Origin: Octopus bimaculoides
Lineage: Eukaryota
Reading direction: 5' to 3'
Length of the DNA: 55,679 nucleotides
NCBI RefSeq assembly: GCF_001194135.2
Contig: NC_068981.1
Span: 134,524,665 to 134,580,343 of the forward strand
Position 1 is the first letter of the stretch. Each line of letters opens with the position of its first letter. The notes under the pieces were generated by a model that had not been told where the DNA came from, did no database searches, and worked only from the letters and a program-made list of their open reading frames with translations. A program made the position numbers and the translations under genes. Below, piece after piece: positions 23,680 through 35,884 of the stretch.

Positions 23680-24150
23680 CATACATGTGTATACATATAT
23701 ATGTTATAATTTAGAACAAACAGTAAAAGGTTGTCATTATAGTACTCGGAGTTTCAAATGTCGGCGCGACATTCGAAACTCTGAGTACTGTAATGACAAC
23801 CTTTTACTGTTTATTCTAAATTATAACATATATAAATAAACCTTTATTTCTCTAATATCTATGTCTCATTCTTTTGTTGTTACATTTTATTCTATATATA
23901 TATAGAATATATATATATATATGTGTGTGTGTGTGTATATATATTTGTGCACCTGTGTTTGTCCTCCCACACCATGACTTGACAACCAATGCTGGTGTGT
24001 TTACATCCCTGTAACTTAGCTGTTCAGCAAAAATGACTGATTGAATAAGTTCTAGGCTTACAAAGAATAAGTCCTGGCATCGATTTGTTCAACTAAAGGC
24101 GGTGCTCCAGCATGGCCACAGTCAGACGACTGAAACAAGTAAAGGAATAG
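23336..24150 (+). mobile_element. SINE A1 with a gap and a palindromic MITE in its central microsatellite
   Basis: Head 23336-23499; tail about 23950-24150. Confidence 0.85.
23696..23834. mobile_element. Palindromic MITE-like element (68-bp arms, 3-nt loop)
   Basis: The arms are reverse complements with 4 transition differences; TA-rich flanks. Confidence 0.9.
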
Positions 24151-24300
24151 AAGTAAAGTTCTTCATTGCTCTAGCTGCAACTTATGCAGACAAATTGACT
24201 CTGTTCGTCGGATCAGTTTTGAAATTATTTCCAATAAATCTCAAGTATAATGACGAAAGCAAGAGAACTGAGAGAGAGTTCTTTGTAAACAACTTCACAT

Positions 24301-24605
24301 CTCTTATTTTGTTTCAGTCATTGCACTGTGGCCAATACTGGAGCACCACTTGGAATCAACTCCAGTACTTATTTTTAAGCCGGGTACTTATTCTATCAGT
24401 ATCTTTTGCTGAACTGCTATGTTACTGGCACATAAACAAACCAACACCTGTTGTCAAGTAGTGGTTAGTGGAAATAAAGACACATGCACACACACACACA
24501 CATTCGTACATGTATGCACACATGCAAACACACACAAGCACACATGATGGGCTGTTTCACAGTTTCTGTCCTACCAAATTCACTCACAATGGTTGGACCA
24601 GGGCT
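24301..24605 (-). mobile_element. SINE A1, inverted relative to 23336-24150
   Basis: Tail 24301-24482 and partial body 24545-24605. Confidence 0.8.
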
Positions 24606-24706
24606 AACTATGCAGCCATGCCTGCACCTATATGCTATCAATTCCTTATTGAATTCATCACCTATCTTTCACTATGGCTAGCTTCATCATAAATGACTCT
24701 GATGAG

Positions 24707-24737
<31 letters not shown>

Positions 24738-24741
<4 letters not shown>

Positions 24742-24975
24742 CACCATTTGAGTGTGGTCCTTGCCAGTGCTACCTGACTGGCCCTCGTGCTGGTAGCATG
24801 TAAAAAGCACCGACTACACTCTCAGCGTGGTTGGCATTAGGAAAAGCATCCAGCTGTAGAAACTCTGCCAGATCAGATTGGAGCCTGGTGCAGCCTTCTG
24901 GCTTGCCAGCCCTCAGTCAAACCATCCAACCCATGCCAGCATGGAAAGCAGATATTAAACAACAATGATGATGAT
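24738..24975 (+). mobile_element. SINE D, 3-prime part, next to (TA)n
   Basis: AAAGCACC...GCATCCAGCTGTAGAAACTCTGCCAGATCAGATTGG...ATGATGATG. Confidence 0.88.
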
Positions 24976-25927
24976 ACACACAAATACACACATCCTATAT
25001 ACATACACAACTAAATTTCTCGATTCATATTAGTTGTATGAAATTTTGCTGAAGATTCTCTTTATACCAACAAATTCTACCTGCAATAATTCTTTTAGAA
25101 ATATAGTATCACAAGTTCCTTGAGAACATCACTATTTATGAACTCTATTAATCATCCTTTTGTTTTTCTGGTGCTTGTCATGAAGACATCGCAATTTTAT
25201 TGAGTGACTTTCTCTATGTGTTTTAGTCAGTATTCTTCACTTATACTACTGCAGTGCATGTAGTAGAGCTTCCTGCAAACAACTTGGATGTTTTGACTTT
25301 GTGAGCTTCATTTAATAAGGGTTGTGAGGAGGTGTTTCTAGTAAAAACTCAATTGCTTCAGATGGCTCAATGTGGGTTGGGGTGAAGCAAACCATACTGT
25401 TGTGAGTGGTGAACATAGAATTAATGGAGTACTGATCTGGCTAGAATATAAGGAGTGTTGTGTGATGGGAGTATTTGATTTGGATTGCTTTTGGTAATTG
25501 GGAAATATACACAAAAACACATGTACATACTTATACACAAACTCACAAAAGCACACACAATCTGATAAACTTACAAAAGCAATTACTTACGCAAACTTAC
25601 ACACTACACTGATTCACAAAACTGCACACTTTTGCACAAAAACCATTCACATTCTTCCTCACCTCCCTTCCCCCCCTCTCTCCTCTCTCCCCCTCTCCCC
25701 CTCTCTCCCNNNNNNNNNNNNNNNNNNNNNNNNNNNNNNNNNNNNNNNNNNNNNNNNNNNNNNNNNNNNNNNNNNNNNNNNNNNNNNNNNNNNNNNNNNN
25801 NNNNNNNNNNNNNNNNNNNNNNNNNNNNNNNNNNNNNNNNNNNNNACACACACACACACACACACACATATATACACACACACACTCTCAAAGAAAAATC
25901 ACCCACACACATTCATAAAAAACAAGA

Positions 25928-25980
<53 letters not shown>

Positions 25981-26219
25981 TACATACATACACACACATG
26001 CATACACATACACACACATACATTTGAAATAACTGAGACTTATGTTCAAGCAAACACTCATACACACACTCATACACACATTCTTCCCTCACTTTATTCT
26101 CCTCGCTACTTTCATTTCCTCTAATCTTATCATTAATTGTCTATGTATGGAATCTATTTATTCCCTCTGATCACATTTTTGCTCCTGTTACCAATTCTCT
26201 GTTTTCTATTTATTTTCAG

Positions 26220-26291
26220 ATTGGATTTATTTCTTATTGAGTTCCCTTCTACTGTTGTTTTCGCATGTCTCAATCATTGTCTCATGGAATG
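26220..26291 (+). CDS. Candidate internal exon (72 nt); phase 1-1 frame WIYFLLSSLLLLFSHVSIIVSWN is transmembrane or signal-like
   Basis: Acceptor TTCTCTGTTTTCTATTTATTTTCAG, consensus donor ATG|GTAAGT, length a multiple of 3, unique sequence; two frames are open. Confidence 0.55.
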
Positions 26292-26999
26292 GTAAGTAAA
26301 ATCCTCACTATTTCATTTTGCCTTTTATGCTCTTTGAAAACAAGACCACCCTGAAACACCTGCATTTAGCTTAGCTGGGGGAAATACCCCAGGGCAGTAC
26401 ATTCTGTGCATTGAATACAAATATAGTAAAGTCTTATATGTAATATAATGAGTTAAAAAATTTCAACTAATTGAGATTGTTCATGCAATTAGTAAACAAA
26501 AGCATCCTCTAAGAGTGCATAACCCTTTGATATTTAAACTGGCTATATCTGGTCAACATATTTTACCTGTTTTATATACAAAAACTGTCAGATATGGCCT
26601 CTCACACCTACCATACAATATCATTCTAAAAATAAGCAATCACATCATTAAAATCTTGAAGCTATGAAATAATACTTGGTTGATTCTGAAAAAATTTCAG
26701 TATAGAAGTGGATCTGGTCTTTAAAGCCAACTGGTAGTAATTAGAGCTATTCCAGTCTTATTAAACTTCTTCAGCAAAGCATATTGTACTCACTTAGCTA
26801 GATTTAAGAGTGATCAATGTATGTATAGAAATAGAGAGAATATAGTGACCATATGAATGTCAACAGTATGGATAAGAAGTGCTTAAAATCTAAAATCTAA
26901 CAAACCAACTGAATGAAATATGCTTTACTAAAAAGGTTTAATAAGACCATACCTATTTTCATACCACATTTTTTTATATTTGCCATAAATTATTGTTGT

Positions 27000-27312
27000 A
27001 CTCAAGAAGACCAGCCCACCACATCAGAATTGACATCCTAAAACCAAGGTGCCATGTAAAAGCATTGGTGTGGGTGCTGGTGCCATGTAAAAGCACTAGG
27101 GTTGGTGCCACATAGAATGCACTGGTGATGATGCCACATAACAAGCACCCATTACTCTCTATAAAATGGTTGGTATTAGAATGGGCATCCAGCTGTAGAA
27201 ACCAAGCCAAAACAGACTATGGAACCCGGTGCAACCCCTGGCCTTGCCAGCTCCTGTCAAGCCATCCAACCCATACCAGCATGGAAAGAGGACATTAAAT
27301 GATGATGAAGAT
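27000..27312 (+). mobile_element. SINE D, older copy
   Basis: GGTGCCATGTAAAAGCAC subrepeats plus RTE-like tail. Confidence 0.8.
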
Positions 27313-28347
27313 GATTAATTTAATAAATTTATATTCTTTGTTTGCTAGTTTAAGAATTCGAAGGGTTTTTGCCTACTTTTTGTTTGTATCCTCTCAGATA
27401 AGTAGAACATTTCAACTTCATGTATTTACAACCTGGCTATGATTTTCTATCTCAGCATAGCTTTATATTATAATTCATTGCTTTTGTTGTTTAACCCTAG
27501 GCCAGATTTGGTTGAGCAGACCTTGATCAAAGGTCGTCTGGCCATGACCACTTTATCCTTTTATTTCATCAGATATAGTACATTTTGGACTACTTTATCC
27601 AACCAATTGTTCTTTTTCTAATATAATAGAGTATATGATTAGAGGTTTGGTTGCTTTTTCTAGCATGCTGAACGACCACAGAGAAACCCTACTTTATTTA
27701 CTTGGTATCTGATCCATATTATGAAGCATATTTCTTGCTTCATTTCTGTAACTTATTTACAATCTACATGATGTCATTTAGCTCCAAGTCACTCATTCCT
27801 GATTGAACAAAACTATAATCAACATCATTCCTGTCATATATCAGGAACTACATTGTCCAGTGTGTCTTTTTAATGAAGAGGAAAGAATCTTGGGAGTATA
27901 GCTGGTATTTGTAACAGCTCAAGCTATTTTTTTTAATTTGGAAGTTGTCAAAGACTTCCTGATATAAACTAATTACTATCACATCAATTATTTTGATTTC
28001 ATTTCAGAACTTAAATTTTTCTTTAAGTATTCTCTCATTCTCTCTGTTCAACTCTTCTTTTGGTCATATAATTATTTCCATTAAAAGGCTATATTAATGG
28101 CCATCATATACTACTAATTAGTTGTTGCAGGAACTTCTTGTGACATATGAACATAGCAGTTTGATCGATAGATATAGCAGTGCCTTTATGTGTCACGTCA
28201 AAGTGACATGAATTTCTGCACCTTTTCATTCCAATCTTTCAGTGTAAGATTTATAACCTTTCAACCATTGGAAAAGAGGTGTAATAGTCAATATACTAGA
28301 AGTGATAACTAAGTTATTCAGTTGGTGAATAGCAATTTCCTAGGGTT

Positions 28348-28590
28348 GGAGGTACATGGCTTATTGGTTAGAGTGTTGGACTCATGATTATAAGAGTATA
28401 GTTTTGGTTCCTGAACTGAGTGATATGTTGTGTTCTTGTGCAAAATACCTTCTTTCACATTGCTTCTTTCCACTCAACTGGAAAAAAAGATTAGTCCTGC
28501 AATGGACTAGCACCCCATCCAGGTGAGATATATATGCCATGGAAATTGGAAAACCAGTCTTATGAGTCTATATGACTGAGGTAAGATATT
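28348..28590 (+). mobile_element. SINE C
   Basis: CATGGCTTATTGGTTAGAGTGTTGGACTCATGAT head plus core. Confidence 0.8.
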
Positions 28591-29339
28591 TAGCCTTTAT
28601 CCTAATTTCCTAAGGTGCTACTCCCAGTTTTAACCACTGACTTATCAGGTGATAGGCTTTTACTTTTAAGCTCATAAAACTGTATAACACAATTTTTGTC
28701 CTTGGGTAGCAACTATTATTTCTTATTTACCTGCCCCTAGAAAGTATGAAAAATGGCTGATATTTCCTTCAAGCTTTGCCTTTGTTACATTTATTTAAAC
28801 CTCAAAGAATCCCTCTCAACATATGGCCATGATGCTTCCCACTACTCTTGCTCATGATAAGAGATGCACATACTGTCAGCCACTAAAGGATATGCTCAAG
28901 TGGTTAAAGTCAAGCAAGTGATGAGTGAATCTGTGATGCTGAGCAGAATATTTGCTATAATGATATTTCTGCTTCAGCAACTCAGCCCTGAAATGTAATG
29001 GCAAATAGGTCAGTCCAGGTCACAAAAGCAAAGTTTGAAGAGAATAATAGTCATTTCCTTTGATTTCTAGATGGAAGCAAAAAAAGAAATCACTTACTGA
29101 ATGAAGACAAAAAAATTGTAATTTTGTTACCTAGTGGTTAAAGTGGTGCTCCAGCATGGGCGCAGTCAAATTATTGAAAGAAGTAAAAGAGGAAAAGACT
29201 GTAATCCCAAATCCCTCTGATTGGTCACAAACAGAGAGAAATGAGCTAGGAAGTGGAAAAGATATTTAACCTTTTTGATATCAGCCCACCTCAGATTGCA
29301 TCTAGTTCTATGATACAGAACTATTTTTAAATATTTTTT

Positions 29340-29725
29340 TAAAAATCTTTTGTTTGTTTCAGTCATTGGACTGCAACCATGCTAAGACATTGCCTTAAAG
29401 GATTTAGTCAAACAAATTGACTGCAGTACTTTTTTTTTTTTTTAAGTTTGGTATTTTTTCTATCAGTCTCTTTTGTCAAAGTGTTACATGGATGTAAACA
29501 AAACAACACCAGTTACCAAATGGTAGTTAGGAACAAACTCCAAGACAAAGACACACACACACACAAAAGGGTTCCGCATAGTTTCCCCTCTACCATATCC
29601 ACTCATAAAGTATTGGTCAACCCAGGGCTACTGTAGAGGACACTCACTCAAGATGCTGCATAGTATGACTGTACTTAAAAGCACATGGTTGCAAGGCAAG
29701 CTTTTTAACCACACAGCCATGCTTG
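29340..29725 (-). mobile_element. SINE A1, degenerate
   Basis: GTTTCAGTCATTGGACTGCAACCATGCT...ACCACACAGCCATGC. Confidence 0.8.
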
Positions 29726-30978
29726 TGAATGTCTGTTGCTTGTATGTTGTGTATGCATGTACAAAGGATGAAAAGCAAAGTAGCCTTCAGAAGAATATGA
29801 ACTCACAATATAAGAGGCATTCAGCTAAGTACTGTGAGACATTTTGCTTGACACTCTATTGATTTTTGCCAATTCACAGCCTTAGGAGCGATGAAAAACA
29901 AAACAGAAAATTAATGTAAAATAAAAACCAGGAAAGGAAAAAGAAGTTAAGAATTAATGAAGATGTGAAATCTTTGCTATATTTATTAGCAGTATTATTG
30001 ATTTAATGATGAGATATTGACCAAGAATACAGAGAGTAGAAAGCTACTGCAAATAAAGAGTATTGGTGGGAGAACAGGAGAAGAAGCATTCAAATTAGAT
30101 GTAGACATGGTAATAGAGAGGATGAGAGAAATAATGTGATCTTAGCAACTGAAAAACAAGAGGATTTGAAGATGTGTTATTAATGGTCAGTATGTGTACA
30201 GCAGGTTAACTAAAGAGGTACTCAGCATTGTATTATTTTTTTTTCCTGTATCTTTTAGCAGGGATAGAAGGCAGTACCCCTAATCCTTTATAGGGCCTCT
30301 AAGACTGGTAGCATGGGGGAGTATGGAGAACAGTATCCTTAAACAGCACATCTGTTTTGGTGCATGCCTGTATGACATTGCTGATTCAATGCTGACTTAT
30401 TTGACATCAGACGTTTTAATGTTTCTCTTGTTCTTTCTTTTTCTCCCCCCTCTCTTTCTTCTTTCCTCTCTTCCTCTCTCTGTTTATGTGTGTGAGCATC
30501 TAGTTATGTTTGTATGTGTCTATAATGGGTCTCTCTCTCCCCCTTTCTATCTCACTATCTTTATCTGTATGTAAATATTTTTCTGTGTGTGAATGCGTTT
30601 GCCCTCCATGCCAAAACATACTATCACCAAATCATCAGTATCCAAATTGTTGCATCCAATCATCTCATTCTATCCTTAAACGGGAGATTTGACCAGAATT
30701 AACAGAGTGGACTCTGTTAATGGCACCAACGATGCCAAGTAGTGATGCTAAGCCAAGTGATGGATTAAGTCTATCAGCTAAGTATACCTTGGTGGGATTT
30801 GAACTCAGAATGTAAAGAGCCAAAACAAATACTGCTAGGCATCTGGTTTGATATTCTTACTGTCCGAAATGAGGAAAAGCAAAGTTGAACTTGGTGGGAT
30901 TTGAACTCAGAGCACAAAGATTAGAACAAATTCAATACTCTAATAACTCATCTAATAAATGAGATACTTAGAGAGATT

Positions 30979-31186
30979 CTTTTCTATTCTAGGCACAAGG
31001 CCTGAAATTATGTTGAGGAGGGGCCTAGTCAATTAGATTGACCCCAGTGCACAACTGGTACTTAATTTATTGGCCCCAAAAGGATGAAAGGCAAAGTCAA
31101 CCTTGGCGGAATTTGAACATAAAGACAAACGAAATATCGCTAAGCATTTCTACTGGTGTGCTAACATTTCTACCAGCTCGCCGCCT
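30979..31186 (-). mobile_element. SINE B with ~19-bp TSD
   Basis: TGAGATACTTAGAGAGATT (30960-30978) versus TGAGATAATTAGAGAGATT (31187-31205). Confidence 0.92.
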
Positions 31187-32511
31187 TGAGATAATTAGAG
31201 AGATTGTACAACCAATTTTACATGTATCTGTTATTTAGTCTCAGGTCAGGCTTGATTGGGTTTTTGCTGCTGCTCTTTAGTGTCAGGTCAGCCTTGATCA
31301 AGCAGATCTATAATCAAAGATAATCCAGTTATGATCACCTGGTCTTTTTTTTTTTTTTTTTTTTTTTTTTTGGTATTTTTTCAGGTAAAGGATATCTAGG
31401 TTACATTATCCAACGCATCCTTTCTTTTATGAGATGGTATGATGTGTTTTGAGAGAATTGGGATATTATTTCTAGCAGAGCAAACAATTATATAGAGTCT
31501 TTTTGCATTTGTTTGATTTTACACCTAGTTTTGTAGCACAAGTGGAGCTTTGTCAAATGAATAGCTGTATATTGCATTACATACTGCAAGCTATAAAGTT
31601 GAACAATTGTTCACCTTGAAATAAATAGCAAGTAAAGTAAGATAAACACAAAGGGAAAAAATAAAGCAGTGGAATGTCAGGAAGTTGATATGAGGATATA
31701 ACTACGAATGAATGGCAAAAGTAAGAATGGGATACTGAAGGCAAAAGTTGCAATGGAGATTCTATAATGGGTATTGGAGAAGCAATGTTCCTTTCATATT
31801 CACAATGCAAAGATAAAAGCTGTATGATACAGCTGAAAAAGAGCTGATAAAGTCTAAAATCAGTCAAGTAGTTATAAATCATTATAAACCACTGAGTTGA
31901 TAAGAAAAAGTCTGAAAACACAAAAATATAATGTATATTTGAATGTAGATGTGAATGAGATTTCAGTTGAACTTGCTTTACCATTTTATAATTTTCATCA
32001 ACTACAAAATCACAAACAGTAAGGAAACATTTCAAATATATGTATAATTTCCTGACATAATTTATTTCAGTTTACCTATTTAGTCAATGTAAAAATTGTA
32101 TCACTAATTTAGGGTTAAATATTGATGCAAATTTTTTTCCCCTTATAGTTTTAGCTTTGCCCCATGTACAAAGTCACACCCCAGTTTTTTTCAGTTAAAA
32201 TCAAGCATAAAATAGGCACATCTTTTGCAGGTAATTTGTGAAGAACTATGTTTATTAGTTACATGATTCCAAAGGACTAATGATTGAGTCACTGCATTTC
32301 TGTTGACAAGAATAATAAGGGAGTATTTGTATTTCAGTGCAAAGAACTGCAATCAAAGAGTACTGTTATTGTTTACTATTATTTTTTCTTTCTCTCTAAT
32401 GTTTACATCCATCACTGATATACATCAACAAAAGATATACACAAAGATATATTCATAGAAACCGATTAACACATACACATGAGCACACACACACACACAC
32501 TTCTATATGTA

Positions 32512-32700
32512 GGTACAGGCATGGCTGTGTGGTTCAGAAATTTGTTTCCCACCTGCATAGCACCTTGGGTAAGTGTCTTCTATAATAACCCCTGACTGAC
32601 GAAAACCATAGTAGATAGAGACTGGAAGAAGCCTATCTTATACATGTATGTGTGTGAATGTGTGTGTCCTTGTCTCAACATTGCGTAATTGTTGCCAATA
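32512..32700 (+). mobile_element. SINE A2, partial
   Basis: GGTACAGGCATGGCTGTGTGG head. Confidence 0.7.
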
Positions 32701-34345
32701 TTCTACAAAAACATGTCTAGCTATAGAGAAAGCCAGCCCTTACATAAACCAAGTGGGAATATAGATAGCAACAAAGAATTGACAGAGGGTAGTTATTGCA
32801 TCTTCCATCTGTTAATATTTTCTTCAAATTTTCTTTTTGACTTCAAAAAGATCAGCTCCAGTGATGGTACATGCAGTGACACACATAGAGAAAGACTGGA
32901 GCAGACATGAAGACACAGGAATAGTTGGTCAGATCAAATCTGAGAGAGTTAAACAAAATGGATCAAATCTTAAGTAGTATCCACTACCCTAGATCCAATC
33001 TGTGGTAGTGAAAAAAAAAGTACTAAGTGATAATAGGCTGTATGATAAATCCATCTAATTCATCCCGGGCAGTAAATCATGTTAAAATTATCATGGTATA
33101 TCTGTTGTGATGAGTAATTCTTCTATTACTTCTCCTGCTGTATTAGATAGTTTTAATATGCATAGCTGAGTTTCCACTATTGTTCGGTTACTAGTGTGTT
33201 CAATAAATTGGTTTTAGGAAAACAGGATAGATATGCATCGTTATGATCTAAGCATTTGTTAAAGATTTTGTTTATATTTTCTGTCTTCTGCTATTTGCTT
33301 TTATCAGTTCCTTATTTAATTTATGCAATATTTCACTTTATTTATAGAATAATTTCTTTAAACGTTCCTTTTGGAATTTCTTTCTCTATCCCTTTGCATT
33401 CATTCTCACATTCATGTCTAATAATAATTTTGAATTGATTCAATTTTTCTCTCAAAAAAAAAACACATGCACAATAAACTACATGCACACACATACACAC
33501 ACACGGATGGATAGAGGCACACACACACAAACACACATACACGCACATGAACATACATACTTGCATGTATACTTGATTAAATGCTATAGTTAGCTGTAGT
33601 TAGAAGTTGGATAGATAGAATGGTGTATTGAAATTAACATGTTTTAATATACCATGTTCTTTCTTCAAATTGGATCTCAATTCAAAAGAACCAAAATTCA
33701 ATTATCTTACATTGAACTGTTCGGCCTTGTTAACCTTTTTCAGGTGAATGATATGTATTTGTTACAGTGATTAATTATATGAGTGCAATACCCTACCTAA
33801 ATCCATTTTCTGAAAATTTTCCATTCCAGAATAGACTTCCAGTTAATCAAAATTTCATTATTACATTAAAATTGCAAAATTTATTTATAGTTTTCAGCCA
33901 TTTCTGACTTATTTGTCATCTAATAGCAAACTTATGACATTCTAAAGAATAAAGTATTGTGGGAAAACATTACTTTATTGCAGGAAATGTATAATAAAAA
34001 GTTACGTCACTGTTTTTCTACTGTGGATTGGTAGAATTATTACAACATCAAACAAGTTCTGGGGTAAACTAAATTGGCTGTACTCTGGTCCTCAATTTTA
34101 GTCCACATGTAGATTTTCCTTAGTCCTTTTCATAACCATTCCATCTGTGACAGCCTCTGGTTTCAAAGTCTTCACATTCCACTTAAAATCTCCCATTATA
34201 GTTTTATGTAAGATCCATTATGTTATGTTTCGTATTTCTACTTAATACCAAAGTGGTCATTTTACTAAATCCTTTCCAAATCTCTTTTGTTATTTTCAAG
34301 ATTGGGCAGTGTATTTCATCAGAAACACAATCACAAATGGATTAA

Positions 34346-34523
34346 CCCTTTTAATATCAACCCACCCATGACCACCCTGGATCTGCCAAACAAATTTCCT
34401 GTTTTAAATTTATCTAAATTAAACTTATCAAAATTCCATGTTAATTTATGTTCCAAAACATTGTTTTTAAAATTGATTGAAACAGAAGCAGTGTATTTCA
34501 ACAGAAATATAGTAATGAAAGGA
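34346..34523. mobile_element. TTAA-flanked MITE, family 1
   Basis: TTAA|CCCTTT...AAAGGA|TTAA. Confidence 0.75.
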
Positions 34524-35094
34524 TTAAACTAAGAGAGAAGCTTATGCTGTAACTATCTTGATAATTCCTTAGTATGTGTGTGAGCATATCTAAATATTTA
34601 AGTCTATTAAATTACTCTAACAGTTATCTCACTTATAAGACAAAAATATTTGAACAGTAATTTTGTTCCTTTGAACAGAAAAGTTATTTTTACAAACCAT
34701 TCTAGATTTCATGAGAATTTGCTTCATTTTTATGTTGTCTAAGATTGTATAAGTTGAGTGGAAGAGCCTAGAGGAATTCTGACATTGAAGCCACTAAATA
34801 AGATTATCTTGGAGAGCAGAAAAGTATGATTGATGACCTCGCTAAAAGGAATAAAATGATCAAAAAGCTGGTTACTGTTTGTACTTTGACACTTGTAGAA
34901 AATGCTGTACATCTTAACTAACTTAGAAAAGTCATTCATTTAGTACTATGCTTATCCTTTGTTCTGTATATGAAACAGGCATTATCCATTTGCTCTATGT
35001 TCTTCCAGTAATTAACTTTATTAGCAGTGACTCTCTTACAAAATTCATTATTTTTACAACTTACATTACTGCCAGTTCTATTTTATGTACAACT

Positions 35095-35500
35095 ACACAG
35101 GTATGGCTGTGTAGTAAGGAGTTTGTTTCCCAACCACATGGTTTCAGGTTCAGTCCCACTGCATGGCAACTTGGGCAAGTGTTTTTTTTACTACAGCCCT
35201 GTGCCAACCAAAACCTTGTGAGCAGATTTGGTAGATGGAAACTGAAAGAAGACCATCATGTGTATTTATGTTTGACAGATCCAGAACATCACATGATAGT
35301 TATAAACAAGTGTTATTGTTACACAAGCAGTGTCCTTTGTTTCTAATCTTCTATGAACCATGTCTGACCATGGTGGAAATATTAGCTTACTTGGAAACAA
35401 GTGAGGATTAGCAACAGAAAGGGCATCTGACTGTAGAAAATCCATTTCAACAAATTCCATTTGACCATGCAATCATGGAAAAGTGATGATGATGATGATG
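35095..35500 (+). mobile_element. SINE A2, full length
   Basis: A head plus RTE-like tail with (GAT)n. Confidence 0.85.
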
Positions 35501-35884
35501 CACAATTTTGCTATTATTATGGTACATTTGTTAATTTCAAGCCCTGATGACATTTCATCTATTCTCTCAAAAATGCCTCTAAGAATTAACTCTGAAATTT
35601 GAACCTGATAAAAAACTTCAACTTGTATTTCTTTTTTTATAATTTGTATTTTATCAAGATTTTGAATTAAGCTCTTTTCGTTTTGATTTGATATTTGAAA
35701 TTTCCACAAAGATTCAAACTATTTGTTTTTCTGTAGAAATATCAGTCAACTGATGTTATAATTTATTCAAAAGATGTCTGTGACATATTTTCAGAAGTAC
35801 TTGTAAATTTATTTGAAGAGTCTATCAAAGTAGGATTGATAATGAACATAGGTGAAAGGATGGTTATATGGTTAAGAAGCTCAT

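Noticed and set aside
24102-24461. 119-aa plus-strand ORF
   Set aside because: Starts and ends inside SINE tails; chance open frame.
25498-26124. 208-aa ORF and other H/T-rich or C/V-rich ORFs
   Set aside because: Translations of (CA)n/(TA)n microsatellites and N gaps.
31577-32035. 152-aa minus-strand ORF
   Set aside because: Low-complexity F/L/S/Y composition from A-rich plus-strand DNA. The plus strand has only a faint WNVRKL endonuclease-like hint, so a LINE relic is more likely; too weak to call.
32155-32230. Plus-strand 76-nt exon-like open frame
   Set aside because: Overlaps sequence resembling a DNA-transposon remnant; no supporting context.
35739-35853. Plus-strand exon-like ORF KYQSTDVIIYSKDVCDIFSEVLVNLFEESIKVGLIMNI
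   Set aside because: Resembles the decayed start of a LINE RT domain (…PL..LF..S…G), has a weak donor, and is phase-incompatible with the 26291 donor.
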